This document shows, piece by piece, positions 60,246 to 64,000 of a stretch of 64,000 bases of DNA. How positions within the stretch are numbered: the first letter of the stretch is position 1; the number at the start of each line of letters is the position of its first letter. The position numbers and the translations under genes are program-made. The notes beneath the pieces are model-generated. The model saw only the letters and a list, made by a program, of their open reading frames with translations. It did not search any database and was not told the DNA's origin. The stretch spans positions 248,001-312,000 of the forward strand of contig JBLDXI010000059.1 of assembly GCA_047495785.1 (NCBI GenBank), read 5' to 3'. The stretch comes from Lepidodermella squamata. Taxonomy: Eukaryota; Animalia; Gastrotricha.

Positions 60246-63200
60246 CTTGGAGGAATAGTAATGGAGTGAGCACTGCCCTATTAACGAGATCGTATCGCGC
60301 GCACGACGGGGGGCGCGCCGCTCGCCTCGCACACGTGTCGCAGCGCACGAGTTTTGGTAGCTTTTTAGCCTCCGCATCTCGCAATGTTAAACTAATTTTA
60401 ATTTTTTAGCAGTAACCATAAATCGGACGACGATGAGGTTTTTTTTAATGGAAAGAGGACGCCGCGGGCTATAAATGTAATGTTTCACATTTCTCACAAT
60501 AATTACGGTTCACGAGTTGTTTAGCCATAACAACAATTTTAGCGTCTCACGAAACGAATTAAATCTGGAGTTATGTAATTTTGCCATTAATGCGGCTTAT
60601 ACCAGTGGATAGCCCGTAAAACGTTTCACAAATGTAATGAATTAAATTTCCATTTCAATGTACAGCCCGTGTAAAAAACGCGATTGCGCGCGGTCGGTTT
60701 TTGCTCATGTCAGGTGCGAACACGCAGGTGTGTGTGTCGCGCGCCTCCTTAATCCTTAAACCAGAAGGTCCTTCTAATCCCTGCTAATCCTACTTATGTA
60801 ATGAGTATAAGGAAACGAATCACTTCACCAGATAGCGGTTGAAAAGCAGAATAATTCTTCGGCGGCCTTGTTGAAGAGTAAAAGGGTAAAATTTCAAAGA
60901 AACCGACCGATAGTAAAAGGTTAACAGATGCATGGTGGCCGTCAGCTGACGGCTGTTGAAGAACCAATTGACATAGGGGGTTCAGCCCTAAAACAGTAAT
61001 AATGCAATAGTAACACATTTTCGCTCAAAAATGCACGATTTTACACCTGCGAAACAAAAAGTCAGAAATAACAAGCGCAAACCCGACGAACAACGCAAGC
61101 CAGGTCGTCCACCGAAGCGATTTCGAGGCCACAAGCGACCCCCAGATCCGTCTGAATCGCCTGAACCCGTCGATGAAGTCGATGAAGTCGATGAACTACC
61201 GCCCCCTTGCCCATGTGGTCGGGCTCCACCGCCGCTCATGGTCGATTCATCGTCCCAAACTGACTCAATAACTACAGCTTCAGTTTCTGTGCAAGTTCGG
61301 CCGTCGACTAGCCATGTTTCTGTCCTGGTCCGGCCATCGGTTGTTAACTCAAGCGTAGGTACTGACCCGCTACCTAACGAGACTTTTCACGAACATCGCG
61401 CCTTTTCGACACCTTCGACTTCGAGGCCGTCAACTTCGACGCCGTCTACTACAGAAGGAAGCTGATCAGCCCTTTCGCTTCTTCCACTTCAGCGAAGCTG
61501 ACTACAAGCAAATAATGCGGGAAATTCCAGTTTTGCAGCGGCAAAAACCTCAAGGAAGAAAGTGAGTTTGAATTTTAATTATTTTTTCTAGCCTTATAAC
61601 CTTGAATTTTTAATTTTAATGCTAATTATTCCACTTGTTTTCCAGATATTCCGACTTGTACAAAACGATGGCGCTGTCTTTTCTTCTCAAAAGCCCATCG
61701 GCCTACGACTTTATTCGTCTTGGCGGCTTCATCCCGCTTCCTCATCGAACTACTCTAAACAAGATTGTACCTTACGAGTACAAGGCTGGCGTTCACAAAT
61801 CGGCCATGGCCGCGCTGGTCGGCGAAATCGACGACAATCCCGCACCTTTCCGCTTTTTCGGCGTCGAAATCGACGAGGTCTCAGTCAACGGCAAAACCGA
61901 AGTCGTAGGCGACGGTATGGTTGTAGGCCGAGCTGCTGACAACCCGGACGAGGCTGCAACCAAGGCGCTGTGCATCATGTTGCGGTTTGTCGAGTCGCCG
62001 TTGGCCATTTGCGTTGGGTCATTTCCGGTCGATTCTGGCATGCCGTCGGAAGAAATCGCCTCTTGCATCGACGAAATCGTGTCCGAACTAGCTCAGCACG
62101 ACAGTCACGGCATGTGGCTAACTTTCGATGGCGATGGGAAAAATCGTGAACTTCGAAATTATCTCGAAGAAAATCCGATTCTAAACGCCCGCGGCGAAGC
62201 TCTCGAGGTCATTTTCGACGTTCCTCATCTGCTCAAGGTAATATTTCATAATATTTCTCAATTTTTTTTAAATTTTTCCGAATTTTGTTGGATTATTTTG
62301 AAATTTGAATTAATAAAATATTATTAATTTTTCAGACTCTTCGCAACAATCTAACAAAGAAATCTTGGGAATTAGACGACCATGGCTCGCGGTTTCTGTG
62401 GCAAGTTTTCGACGCCATCCTCAACATCGATTCGCGCCGAATTTTGCGACTCTATAAGAAATTCAATCCGACCAACATCCGGAAAATTCTATCGAATAAC
62501 TCGCTGAAAATGAGCGTTGCTCGAGCGGCCGAAGTTCTCAGCGAATCCATGGCCCAGGCCTGCCGATCCGAGTTCCAGCCCGGTCATCCTCTTTATCAAC
62601 ATGCCCAAGCCATGGCGCCAGTGATTTCGATGATCAACAAGTGGTTCGACATCCTCAACATCAATTCCTGCTACGGGTTTCTTGGCAAGCGCAACAACAA
62701 CCTCGCCCCGTTTCGCAGCGTCAATGACCCTCGCTTGACCTGGCTCCGAGATTTCTGCACCTGGCTCCGCGACCGACAGGGTGCCCAGAAAAATCCGGAG
62801 AACAAGTTGTCGACCCAAACCTTCGACGGCATTCTCACTTCGACCGAAGCCATCGTTCGTTTGACGGAGAAGTTGCTGGGCGAAGGTGTTGAATACGTCT
62901 TAACGGCACGCTTCAACAGCGACCCTCTAGAACAGCTATTCAGCCAAGTCCGGTGTGGGTTGGGCGGAGCTCGTCACCCTACGATGGCTCGGCTGCTTCA
63001 GCGAATCGCGGTTCTACGGTACGTTGGGTCAAATTTCGGTATTTCGAAAGGCGCGAATGTGCAACGGCACAAAATCAAGAGCCTCAAAATCGCTACTGCT
63101 CGAAAACTGAAACAACTCTCGAAAATCGATAATCGAATCGAGCCGCTTTTGCGCGTCGAATTGCCAGCCGAACTCGTCACCGACGATCGCTCTACGGCCA

Positions 63201-63800
63201 GCGTCGCCGGTTATATCACCCGCCAGCTGAAACTGGAGCCGGACAACAGTCAACCCGAAGTATGGCTGAGCCGCGGCGGCCTTGTCAAGCCGAACGTGCA
63301 CGTGCTAGCTCTTGTTCGCGAGGCGATTTCGGCGCCCTACCGCCAAATCTGGTATCAAAAAGAGTTCGCAGATATTTTGCACGAGGCTTTAATTGTAAAA
63401 AATCCTTCTTATCCACCAAATCTGGAATTTGTACAGCCAATTGTGAAAATTTTGCAAAATATGTTATCTAAAAGAATAACTTTATTAGATCGCGACAATA
63501 ATAATCCTACTTCTATTAATCTTCGCGCTGGTCTGAACAGCGATTTTAAACGTGCTAAAGGTGCCAAGCGTTCGCCTTCTGAAGAAATGATTAGTGACTC
63601 GGCGCCTTTTTAAATAAAGTTATGTTTTCGTAAATGCGTGTGTTACATAGCAACAACTAGGGACGCTAGAGAGCTGATTGGCTGTTAAAGTGTGTCACGT
63701 GATCGAGGCGAGCGGGCACCCTGCTGCGCCACTCGGCCTTTGTCAGACGATAGTGCGCGTTGATACGAGGCAGTGCTCACTCCATCTCTATTCCTCCAAG
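60246..63800 (+). mobile_element. P-element superfamily transposon. Transposase exons about 61031-61562, 61646-62237, 62336-63613, with one frameshift near 61455
   Basis: About 32-bp TIR cttggaggaatag..atggagtgagcactgcc; 8-bp TSD ggtgcgcc at 60238-60245 and 63801-63808; SPSAYDFIR..LPHRTTL, IDEV, FDGDGKN, FDVPHLLK, KMSVARAAEVLS, NKWFDILN, SDPLEQLFSQVR. Confidence 0.93.
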
Positions 63801-64000
63801 GGTGCGCCTCTTTGCAAACTGCTGTGGACATGGTGAGACACAAGGTCGCTTTCAACCTGGTTCAAAACCATAGCCTGGCCTCTCCCGTGAAATCAGCTGT
63901 TAACTGGCTAGGTAGGTAGGTTAGAATTTCTAAATCGTCGCTCGTCCTAGGAAATAGTGCCAAGTTCTGCCTAGACCTCCTAAGATTTCAGATCTTGAAT

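Overview
Eukaryotic, animal-type genomic DNA with GT-AG introns; the taxon cannot be determined from the sequence alone. About 1-30 kb and 53-64 kb are a graveyard of nested DNA transposons: a spliced Ginger1-like integrase-Ulp1 element, several MULEs, pogo, Harbinger, piggyBac remnants and MITEs, a P-type element, CR1-like LINE fragments and a decayed four-tRNA cluster. The centre (30.4-52.9 kb) holds three very tightly packed + strand genes: a DUF4062-NACHT protein with a Cys-rich tail, an intronless PLAA/Doa1, and a six-exon CPSF2. CPSF2 introns host two antisense nested genes, a MACPF-LDLa-C-type lectin-LDLa protein and a rhodopsin-class GPCR, plus nested transposons. The most promising leads are the single-chain lectin-bearing MACPF, the PHF5-like zinc module on a TEP1-like NACHT protein, a possible trans-spliced operon, a THAP-less P element and MULEs whose TSDs lie outside unpaired termini. 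All family assignments come from motif recognition by eye; no database search was run.
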